Source: Takakia lepidozioides (taxonomy: Eukaryota > Plantae > Bryophyta). From it: DNA of 64,000 bases. The stretch covers positions 72,354,001 to 72,418,000 of the forward strand of contig CM060731.1 in the NCBI GenBank assembly GCA_030704615.1, written 5' to 3'. Under the pieces are notes generated by a model, which did no database searches, had not been told where the DNA came from, and saw only the letters and a program-made list of their open reading frames with translations. The position numbers and the translations under genes were made by a program. Positions 1 through 9,890 of the stretch are shown here, in pieces. The stretch's first letter is position 1. Each line of letters starts with the position of its first letter.

Positions 1-510
1 TGCTAGCAGGTTGATGAACAGTGCTGAAATGAACTATAGCACAACTGAAAGAGAAGCACTGGCAATGATTTATGCAGTCAAGAAATTTAGGCATTACCTA
101 TTGGGAAGAAAATTTATGTTTTATGTGGATCACCAGGCTCTGATATATGTGGTGAACAAACCTTTGATAAGTGGAAGGATAGCAAGGTGGTTAATAATCT
201 TGTACGAGTTTGAGTTCGAAGTTGTTTACAAGCCTCGCTGTTTGCATCTTGTGGCAGATCACTTGTCACGCCTATCAACAGGAGAGCCCGCCACAGGAGC
301 AGACGACCAATTACCTGATGCAAGTTTATTTGCAGTGGAGGTGCAGGGAAGTGCAGATGATTGGTTAGATTGGCAGTGGCCAATCAGATACTACCTTACT
401 CATGGTCAGTTTATGTACTATTTTGGCTAAGATAGTCAATGCAAATAGAACGGATTGGGATACAAAGCTGCGCTTGGAAGAGTCAATCTCAATAAGTTGA
501 AGGAGTACAG
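1..510 (+). pseudogene. Ty3/gypsy pol remnant: RNase H plus two short surviving integrase pieces
   Basis: NYSTTEREALAMIYAVKKFRHYLLG...VDHQAL...ADHLSR is the gypsy RNase H signature. ~410-470 reads LCTILAKIVNANRTDWDTKL (end of integrase core) and ~477-510 reads GRVNLNKLKEY (integrase C-terminal motif), so most of the integrase is deleted. Confidence 0.88.
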
Positions 511-650
511 TGGTATCCATGACAAACCATTGCAGCACGATTTGCATGTTGAAACGCAAAAGCAGTCATGGGCTGCGCCAGTGATACCAACGGAGTATGG
601 AGCACTAGTCGTTAAGCCGAGCGTGTATGACCAGGGTGGGAAGTACAAGT

Positions 651-830
651 GTCACACAGCCTATCACAGCTCATCACAGTGTCACACAGCCTATCACAGC
701 CCATCATAGCGTGACACAGCCTATCACAGCCCATCACAGTGTCACACAGCCTATCACAGCCCATCACAGTGTCACACAGCCTATCACAGCCCACCACAGT
801 GCCACACAACCTGTTACAGCCCAACACAGC
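651..830 (+). repeat. 30-bp tandem repeat x6 (GTCACACAGCCTATCACAGCCCATCACAGT), built from 10-bp ACAGC subunits
   Basis: Units start at 651, 681, 711, 741, 771 and 801. Confidence 0.95.
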
Positions 831-859
831 CCATACAAATTACACAGTCCATAGGGTCA

Positions 860-1378
860 GTGACAGGTGGATGCGAATTAACGTTAGAAAAGTGGCCATC
901 AAGTGAAGAAAAAGTTTGGAAGTCAAACTTGGAGAATATGCCACGCGGAGAGGGGAAGTCAGGGGCATGTTTAGAAATGGACACGTGGCCACTAAGGCGT
1001 GGCACACCGCACTGCATCAATTGCAAAAAAAGGTCTAATCATGCAAACGGACAAATCGGGCAGTCAAAGTACCTACCCGGTACAACAGCTAATACTAATT
1101 GTGGGCCCATTAATGCATTCAGTGTAAGGGTAACGGAACCCTTACCGAGTATAGAAAAGGGAAACCTATGCCACATGTGTTGTCCTACTGGACATTCCAG
1201 GTGGGAATGTCCATGGAGGGGGGTGGAATTAAGAAATTACCTAAGCAGTCCACAGCCAATCAGGAGTGCAAATTACATGCAGGTGGCTCCCTCCAAGAAA
1301 CAAGAAATAGGAATGAGCGGAAGAGTCGGGGTGGCTCTGAATAGCCAAGGTCTCGACGGAAGGGGCAATCAGATGTAA
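860..1378 (+). CDS. Retroelement ORF segment with a CX2CX4HX4C zinc knuckle, in frame with the integrase end
   Basis: CHMCCPTGHSRWEC. Same frame as ORF 455-709, separated from it only by TAG at 707-709. Confidence 0.55.
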   Translation: MTGGCELTLEKWPSSEEKVWKSNLENMPRGEGKSGACLEMDTWPLRRGTPHCINCKKRSNHANGQIGQSKYLPGTTANTNCGPINAFSVRVTEPLPSIEKGNLCHMCCPTGHSRWECPWRGVELRNYLSSPQPIRSANYMQVAPSKKQEIGMSGRVGVALNSQGLDGRGNQM

Positions 1379-1580
1379 CGGATTACACACTCGCTTTACT
1401 TCTCACGCAGTGGCGCAAGGACGGAAGCATTGAGAGTACATTTTCGCTCACTTGATACTTGCAAGCCCCACAGGCTTACACGCACTTACCTGATCCATTC
1501 TGTGCCAACCATACCTTCATGCTCTGTGCCCTGCAAGCTTTCCTTCAGCTGTTTCAAACAAAGCCTTTTTGTTGTCTAGA

Positions 1581-2231
1581 ATGAAGAGAGTGAGGGGAAT
1601 GGAGGATATCAGGGTGAAGAGCACCACGATTGTGCAGAAGCAAACAATTGCAGCACCGCAGGCAGTACAGCTGCTAAGGGAGTTGCGATTGGAGGGGCTG
1701 CTACGCAAGGACTGGTCCTTGCATCATCGGCAGTATATGATTCAATTTCTTCATAACTTTGAGCCTCGGACGGGAGTTACTCAGGTGAGGGGAGTAGATA
1801 TAGAAATTACTCCCCAGTACCTGCAACAATTGTTTGATTTGCCATCAGGTCATGTGGATGTGGATGAGCACAGGGCAAGATTGCAGATAGGGAATTTGTT
1901 CCAAGAAGGGAGTTTCTTTAAAACTCAAGGTTACGCTTGTACCAAAGCCGAATATCCATGGCTTAGGGAAGTTGGAAAAATATTGAACGTTCTGTTTGCC
2001 ATGAAACAGAACCAACAGTATTTGAGCAGGTCATTCACCGACGAGATCCTGAAAGCTTTGAGGGGAGAGGATGTAGCTTGGGCGGAGTTAATGTACAATG
2101 GTCTGGTGGACGAGATGAAGAGGTTACAGGGTACTGCTGCTAAGTCTCCGATCATTGTGTCTGGTCGAACAATTGACCCATTGAGGATCATCACTTTGCG
2201 AGGTACTGGTCTGAAGCAGGTACCATGTTGA
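1581..2231 (+). CDS. Extra ORF of the LTR element, resembling 'putative plant transposon protein'/Athila extra-ORF domain
   Basis: Open ~216 aa from ATG 1581. VRGVDIEITPQYLQQLFDLPSG resembles the VRG-x-V/I...LxLP motif of these ORFs. Confidence 0.55.
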   Translation: MKRVRGMEDIRVKSTTIVQKQTIAAPQAVQLLRELRLEGLLRKDWSLHHRQYMIQFLHNFEPRTGVTQVRGVDIEITPQYLQQLFDLPSGHVDVDEHRARLQIGNLFQEGSFFKTQGYACTKAEYPWLREVGKILNVLFAMKQNQQYLSRSFTDEILKALRGEDVAWAELMYNGLVDEMKRLQGTAAKSPIIVSGRTIDPLRIITLRGTGLKQVPC

Positions 2232-3031
2232 AGGAATTAATTGCCTTCCAAGTTGTACATGGGTACATTTATACCAAGACCAAGGAGGTATCTAGTATTA
2301 TCATGGGATGTGGATTATACTATGCTGCTTGTTTTCTGGCACGTTATCACATTGAGCAGCAGAGGATGCAATCCCGATTTCTGAGTTATTCCAGTGGGGA
2401 TCATTGGGTCTTACCTTCAGTGCCACCTCATATGTACCTATATGATGCAAAAGTTATGATGCAGAAGGATTCCCAACTTCGTTCATGGTTTCATTCGGCT
2501 TGGAACAATTTGACAACACAAAAATTCGGCCCTGAGGATATTTTCTTTAAGGGACATGAGGCATGGAAATACTTACACTGTTCCAAAGTCATTGGCACAC
2601 CTCTTACCTATACAGATAAGGAGTTGAGGACGTTCACTAATTTTGCTTGCCAACGCTTACAGCAAGTTGTACAATTTAAACTTCCAGATATGGTCGGACC
2701 ACATTGTATGCCACACAGGATTCCACTTAAAGTTTGGCCGTTAAAACACCTAAGGGGAGACGAGGATTCTGATACTACTGTTTCTTCAGCGGACTCCTTT
2801 GACATGGCAGATGACTATGCACTTCAGATGGCAGAGAAGAAACAACGGGGATCTCCTATGCCTGAGAGGTTACCTCGTTATCAGCCAAAGGAGGGTCAGA
2901 CATTTCCAGGTAGTGCTCAATCATCTCCGTCAGCCATTGACAGGACTCGGGCTCGCACACGGAGTCCTTCACGAGACTCTCACCGTCAGAAGGGTGCTCG
3001 CTCACAAAGGTTTGCTAATCCCAAACAGTAA
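2225..3031 (+). CDS. Second extra ORF (268 aa, unknown function, R/S-rich basic C-terminus)
   Basis: Long open frame overlapping the previous stop (ATGTTGA) and ending ~20 bp before the PPT. Confidence 0.5.
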   Translation: MLKELIAFQVVHGYIYTKTKEVSSIIMGCGLYYAACFLARYHIEQQRMQSRFLSYSSGDHWVLPSVPPHMYLYDAKVMMQKDSQLRSWFHSAWNNLTTQKFGPEDIFFKGHEAWKYLHCSKVIGTPLTYTDKELRTFTNFACQRLQQVVQFKLPDMVGPHCMPHRIPLKVWPLKHLRGDEDSDTTVSSADSFDMADDYALQMAEKKQRGSPMPERLPRYQPKEGQTFPGSAQSSPSAIDRTRARTRSPSRDSHRQKGARSQRFANPKQ

Positions 3032-3070
3032 ACCGTGAGGACACGGCTTTTTGAGAGGGGGAGGGGTAAA

Positions 3071-4510
3071 TGTTAGAGGGCTGCTTGGGACTTAGACGCT
3101 TTTACGGGTTCTGTGGGGTACCCATAATTTTTGCGTAGACTGAGACCAACAGGAGCATTAGGGGTGGCAGCAGCAGGCTTTAGGGGGGTTACACAGCCCG
3201 ACACAGCTCCACACAGCCCGCCATAGCCCGCCATAGCCCGCCATAGCCCGACATAGCCAGTCACAGCCCGCCACACTTTCGCACAGCTCCACACAGCCCG
3301 TCACAGCCCGACACAGCCCGCCACAGCTTTGCACAGCCAGTCACAGCCCGACACAACTTTACACAGCCAGTCACAGCCGCCACAGCTCCGCACAGCCCGA
3401 CACAGCCAGTCACAGCCCGACATAGCTTTACACAGCCAGGCACAGCATGACACAGCCTGTCACAGTACATGGGGAACAGTTATCATTGACAGGGAACGAC
3501 TGTGAGGGAATGACATCTGTAGAGGGAACGTGTTAGTTCAGGGGTGACGGTTAGTTAGTTAGGTGGTTAGAACAGCTTGCCGATAGATTAGGAGAGCGAC
3601 AACGGGAAAGGGATCACTTCACGGGGAGCGCTTCTTGGTCATGGAGAAGAGGAGATCAGGCGGAGAGCAAGAACGAGAGCACAGAGAAGGAGGAAAGATG
3701 AACAGTAGATGCTTATTACATGCAAAGCTGTAGTGATACTGTAGGGCAGATTAGAGTCACCATGGCATTGGCCTGATACCTGATAAATCATAATCTGATA
3801 CTTATTCGATACAATCACACTGTGTAGAGGGACATGAGTGAAGCTGTGAAATGAATGCATGATTAACTGGAACTAAGTAGATACTGAAGCAATCTAATGC
3901 TTTAGTATCAGATAAGGTAAATTGATAACATGAAGGCAAGAAAGAATACAAATGGGAAGCACAACCATGATTCACTAGCTGCAGGTCATGACTGATAGTT
4001 CTGAGCGGGCTGAGTGATTAGAGACATCAAACTCTTCTATCTTGGAGTTTCCACCTCGGATAGCGAAGGGATGGGTGAGTAAAAGCCGTTTGACAAGCAT
4101 ACATAGGGAATGGTTATCATTGGCAGGGAACGACATCTGCAGGGGAAACGTGTTACTTCTTGGGGTGACAGTTAGTTAGTTAGGTGGTTAGAACAGCTTG
4201 CTTGTAGATGAGGCAGAGCAGCAACGGGGGAGGGATCACTTCTTGGAGAGCGACTTGGTCAGGGGAAGAGGAGATGAAATATAAAGGACTGCATATACAT
4301 CCTGTGGCAGTATATGATACTGTCAGTACACCCTTCACATCATTCCACATTTAACCATGTCATTACACCATGTCCAGGGGGTATTTCCACTTGACCACCC
4401 TGGCTGCCTCAAAAACCAGTTACCATTTATATTACTGCCATATTTCAGTGTCAGCCGAATAGCCACAGGCAGAAACTTCACCATACCCTGGCCTAAGCAT
4501 CTAGCTAACA
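3071..4510 (+). repeat. Probable 3' LTR (TGTTAG...CTAACA); right end uncertain
   Basis: Follows the PPT and has a 6-bp terminal inverted match. Contains an ACAGC(CCG) 10-bp-unit array (~3190-3465) and a ~180-bp direct repeat (~3468-3657 / ~4102-4276). Confidence 0.6.
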
Positions 4511-6199
4511 AAGCCATCTGGGTTGGAACATAACAGGGGCCTTTTACCAACAGAAGTACCCGAGTAGCTACAGCAAACAGTTCCTTGCAGCCTCTCAATT
4601 TGTTTCCAACTACCATAAGGTAAGCAAAGCAAACTAGGGCCTAGAAAATAGATGTGTGTCTCTCACACAAGCCATCATAAACCCAGCTGTCACAACATAA
4701 CAGAGGTTTTCCACTGGCTGGGCCGAACTAGCCCATCGAAGAAAGTATTACACTTGTTCTTCAAAAATCAAGGAAGAAAAGAGGCAGGATCAAGAAAAAC
4801 CATAGAGTAGTTTAGTTTTTCAACATTTTAAGATGAGTCCCTGGCAAGCGATTCCTTCCCCTGCTTTGCAATCCTACTTGGCATCCAGCAGCACCTAGAT
4901 ATCAGAATGCGGAAGCCCTCACCTGTGCCCGTCCCAAAAACAACCACAACGCATTATGAGTTAGTGAGGATGCACGAGGTGAGTAACATGCTTCCGCACT
5001 TGCTATCGAGGTCAAATACACTTCAATATAAGCGCAGAGAATGCCAAAGAAAGCAGGGAAGCAAAACAAACAGAAAAAGAACCTTTTTTTACTGTCTGGG
5101 GGAGAGTCGTCATCTCTCCACAAGCCTAACCGTGCAGGGAGTGCAACACCACAACACTACTACCTCAACCAAAGCAAAGTCTTGCCAAGCACAAGAAAAA
5201 AGAGCTTGGTCTCAAAAGGTAGGGTTTATAAAGGGAGGGAGAGAGACTTCCTTGTTCTACCAAGACGCCGCCATTCATCAAAGATCCAGAGGAGGGCTCC
5301 TAGGGAAACGTCATAAGCATGCAGGTGGTACCTCCGCCATCATTGCCGCGGTTCCCTTGTGCAGCAAAAAAAACAGACAACTAAGACAGTGAATCTTCCC
5401 TCATCTCTAAGCCACCGCCATCGCCTTAAAGAGCCCGCCTAGGCGGCGCTCACAGGAGCCATAAACACTCAAGGATTGGCAGTTCAAGGTATCTGCAGCA
5501 CGAGCACCATCGCTCCTCCCAAGCCGCCATCGCGCACGCTCTCGCAACGCAAAAAGAAAGACATTAGGGTTGCGCAGGGTTTTCCCTTGTCTGGCCCGTC
5601 ATTCATCCTTCTCAGGATGAAAAACATCCGCCAGCCTGTACGCCCGACGGACGTTGTCCGTTTCTCATTCGCGGAAGATGAAAGACATCGTGCATTCATC
5701 CTGTCTTGCACTCAACGGATGTAGTCCTATGTCTCTAGGTTAGATGAAAACATCTTGATCGGGGTATTATACCCGTCTTGGTCCCCCTTATTTAGTCGTC
5801 TCAATGAAGTCCTGTTTTCATCCAGGTTGGATTGAAAAAGTAGAAACTGACGGGAGTTTTGCAACTCACAATATTTTAGTGAAGAAATATTTCACTAGGG
5901 TTGGATGAAAAACCTCCAAAATTCCCTGCAACCCTATTGTTCAATTTGTTCAATTTCCTCAAAGATGGAATCGGGAAACAACAATTCCATAAGCCCAGTT
6001 TCCAGAGGGAGAGAGAGGGAGTGAGAGGTAGTGAGAGGGAGAGATCAGGGGGCAACAAAGAAAATAAAAGAAGTGGGGGGGGAGAGTGACTGAGCAGCTG
6101 CTGGCTGGGCTCAGTCACTCCCCCCTCCCCCCCCCCCCACATTCTCTGTTTTTCTTTGTTTGCCCCCTTCTCTTGGGAAACAAAGGGACAGATCCGACC

Positions 6200-6800
6200 T
6201 CTGTCAGGCTTGACTTGGTAGTAAGATTACCTTCACATATAGAATTAATCCGTTTCTCCATATATCCTCCTACAAATCCCTTTCACATAAGCATCATTTG
6301 TTTGTGTGTGAGATCCCCAAAAACAGCCTCAGAAGGGTTGGCTTTTGGTTCAGCCTCGACTTTTTCAAAGTTAGTCAACAGATGTACATGCACAATTCCC
6401 TTGATAGATTTGAAGAGAGCGTCTCTTTGGTGAGAGAACCCTGGACAGTGTATCAGAAAATGCGTACTGCCTTCAGAATTGCCCACACAACGGGCAATTG
6501 CACTCTCCCTTTTCCTCTCTGCTTCTGTTTGCTGTTCAAAGGTAGGCTTCCTGCCTTGAGTTTAAATTTCAGTCTAGTGCCGAGAGTGTAGACCTGAGTC
6601 ATCCAAGATGTCCTCCCCCATGTCACTGACTGGAAACAAGTTCAGGGAAAGTTTTTTGCCTAACTTCATTTTCATCAGACAATCTCATGACAACAGACAT
6701 GGTTGGACACTACAGCCGCTAAGAGCCGATTTATCCAGCAGGGAAGACTTGCGGTTCCAGGTCCAGGTCCTTGAGAATCTCTTCTCTATCTTCTTATCTT
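6200..6800 (-). mobile_element. Decayed 3' fragment of a non-LTR retrotransposon ORF2 (C-terminal zinc finger)
   Basis: Minus strand reads TRLKFKLKAGSLPLNSK...C..C.GNSEGSTHFLIHCP with frameshifts. Related sequence occurs at ~16380-16760 and ~60750-61980. Confidence 0.65.
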
Positions 6801-9118
6801 CTGCCAGGACTTAGCCTGTTGATAGGTCGGTGGGCGTCCCCTTGTTTCCAATATAGAGTTGATTAACTTAGGATATCTGGTGTTGGACATATGCTGCAGC
6901 TGACCCCCATCTGACCTCCCCCCCCCCCCAACCCTTTTTTTTCATTGTTGCCCCCCCTCTCTCCCCTCTGTCTCCCTCCTCGGAACTGGCTGGTTGCATC
7001 AGTTTTCTTTGCATGATTTTTCCATCTATACCAGATGGACTCTAAAAGGTGTTTCACCCGACTTGTAAAGGTTTTCTATCCATACCAGAAGAATCACCAC
7101 TGGGTGGACACTAAAGTATCTTTAAAAAAGACCTATAATTTTTCATTCCTCTTTTATTGACTTTCATCTATATCAGAGATGAGTCACCAGAGAATGAGGA
7201 ATTACCTCCATATAGGGGTTATGACACTGGCCATCCTATCTATAATTTTTCCATCCATTTTGCCGGATTAAAATACCAGGATTTGAATTCATTTTATTCC
7301 CCCTCTATGCTTTTTAACCTTACTGGATGAGGCTTTCTCTTAAGGGATGACGAATTACCTGTTAGGATGAAAAACCGTTGCCCTGGATGATGGATACTAC
7401 TTTTTCATCCTGCTGATGGACCTCATCCCAACAAATGAACCTATTTATTTTTTCATCTGGACCGGATGAAAAAAACAGCTTATGATGGCCATGGAGATTT
7501 TTTTATTACCCTTATTATTGCTAATTAGGAGTGAAACCCTAACTCCTACCCTATAATCTACTGTTAAAAACCTAGCTAACGGATGACATCCGTCGTGTTC
7601 TTGAGAAAGGGTATTATATTATTCACCTCCGGATGAAAAATCGGGCTCTTTCCCTAGGGTGTTCTCTCCCGCTGTCAGCTGCATTCCTCATGCTGTGGCT
7701 CGCGAGTTATGGCGTCTGAGCTTCTGCTGCATACCCTTCTTTCTGCTGCTTCATGCCGGACGAGCTCCTGGGGATGTGCAATGGTGGCGTCTGGTCTCTT
7801 CTCACAAGAGATGTGGATAAGGATGTGTGCAAAAGGAACATACTGCTGTTGCCTGCAGCCCCGATTTCGGTCCGCTTGCTCCCGGTTTGACATGATGATG
7901 CTTGCTTTTGACTTATCTTTTGCTGCTGCTGATGGAGCACTTTGGCCTAGCAGCCTTGTCTCATGCAGCACTGTATGTGAATCCTACCTTGTCTTGACAG
8001 CTTTGCCCGTGGATTTTTAGACTAGGTTCCCCCTTTTTTTTGGCCTTAAAAGAGGATTGATGGTGTAAGGGACAAGTCATAAGTGGTTGTTTGGCCTCTA
8101 AGGATGAGGAGACCTGAGTTTTGTTAAAGAAGACAGCCTGATAAGGCAGTGACAAGCCGATTTCAGACTTGGTTTTGTTGTGGAATGGAGCATAGTGAGG
8201 TTCTATTTGAAAAACATGGCATTATCCTCCTGTGAAACACTGACGGTAAGCTCTAAAGGACTTTGGCCAATGATTATTTACTCTATTTTGCCATATGAAT
8301 AGCCACCTGCATTGTATGATTTATCTTGGCTTGGTCTTGGGCACTCAAAGTGTATGTGTGTCCAGATCTGGATGCTGTGACAGGGCAGACCTTTCTTCCA
8401 TGCAAAAGTCCTATGTGCACAGGTCCTGAATATATACAATGACAGACTGTTCTTACATATCCAGAAGGCCTTGCACGATGCATGCTTTGGGGTGCTTACA
8501 TTTGGCCAAATGTGAAGCTGTAATATGGCTTACCTTGCCCAAGAAGTGTACTTGGTGGCAGGCCTGAAGTGTAATTAATTGCAGGCTAGTCCTTCCTGCT
8601 GCCGGTGTGAACACTCACGGAATGTGTTGCAGGCAGACTGTTCTTCCTACTTGGCATAATGCTTGTCTTGGATCACCTCAGGTACTTTGTATACATACTT
8701 GGATATTAATGTGTCAGGATACTCTTATTGCCCTGATATCTTGCATGGGTGTATATCTTATGGATACTATGGATGATGTCATCTGAGGCTGCAATTCTGA
8801 CTGATATTGTGCATAAGGGTCCTTGGGTCATGACAGGAATCTGATTATGAACATACCCCGCCCTCCCCCCTGTTTTATCTCATGACTGACGGTGCGTCAC
8901 TTGGCGTGTTCCTACAAGACTGGAAAATGTTGATGGTGGCCCTATCATGGGGCTGTTTATGTCTTAATTACAATGACCCTAGTTGGGCTTGTCCATGTCT
9001 TGACATGACTGAATATCTTCCCTCTCTCTTTTAACTTTTTCTGCAAAAATGAGGGGTCACGCTCTGAGGTTAAGAAAACCTTGCTTTGGTCCGCATTATA
9101 GACCTGCTGGAGTACGGA

Positions 9119-9836
9119 TGTCGCGGCCCTTTGCCTTGAGGACAGGGGTCGGGACACATGAGGGGCTGCCCCTGTGGTGGGGGCAGCGGCAGCGATAGGT
9201 ATGGGGGGGCTGAAGCACCCTTGAGTGCCCAAGGCACTCAGGGAAGCGGAGGCGCTCACTAGGTGGAGCCCCGCACACCGGGTTGCGGTGGGGTGGCTCC
9301 ACAAGGGGTGGTGGTAGCTTAGCGGGACTTAGTGGGGGGGGCATAGGACTCACCATGGGGGCGGAGACCTCGTGGTGGGAGTCGTGGGGAGTCTTGGACT
9401 CATCACGGTCCATAGGGGCCGTGGTGAGCGGGCCAAGACTCACCGCGACTCACCACCGGGATCGAGGGTCTTCGTGGTGGTTCGCCATAAAATGGCATGG
9501 CTGGTTGTGAAACCCCCGCGGACAGCTACAGAAGTATATATAGGGAGTAGTAACCCGAGAACGGTGCAAGCCCGTTGGTGACCAAAAACTAGTGAGTAAG
9601 CGAGCGAGCCGGAAAGCGACCAAAGAGTGGGGAGCTGTCCGGACTGCCATCTACCAAAGGGAATTCCACTAGCCCAATAGGTGGAGGGTTTTTCGGGGAG
9701 CAAAGGGGGACCGTTATGTCCCGGTGAGCAGCCGAAGCTCCAAGTTGGCCCGGCGGCCAGGTTGGGAGTCAGGCGCGCGCATCAAAGCGAGTAACTATGA
9801 CTTGAGGGGGAGCTTACCGAAGTGAGGTGCGCGACA
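9119..9836 (+). repeat. 5' LTR
   Basis: Near-identical to 15318-16044 and followed by the PBS. Confidence 0.95.
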
Positions 9837-9838
9837 CT

Positions 9839-9850
9839 TGGTATCAGAGC
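9839..9850 (+). other. Primer binding site, tRNA-iMet (TGGTATCAGAGC)
   Basis: Canonical sequence 2 bp after the 5' LTR. Confidence 0.95.
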
Positions 9851-9890
9851 TTAGAGTTCAGTACGCGATCGTCCTTGGGATTGGCCTCAT

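Larger units (their letters stand above)
1..4510 (+). mobile_element. 3' part of a non-chromoviral (Athila/Tat-like) Ty3/gypsy LTR retrotransposon with extra ORFs
   Basis: Order is RNase H - deleted integrase - extra ORFs - PPT (GAGAGGGGGAGGGG, 3053-3066) - TG-starting LTR at 3071. The 5' end lies outside the window. Confidence 0.75.

Noticed and set aside
627-854. ORF of SVTQPITAHH repeats and antisense GCDRLC-repeat ORFs (also 3073-3470)
   Set aside because: By-products of the tandem repeats; only the frame continuous with the integrase has independent support.
7675-9110. Protein-coding gene from the short ORFs left of the chromovirus
   Set aside because: No recognisable domain; probably decayed TE sequence.
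8957-9703. Overlapping ORFs within the LTRs (also 15155-15992)
   Set aside because: GC-rich LTR sequence; the frames differ between the two LTR copies and show no domain motifs.
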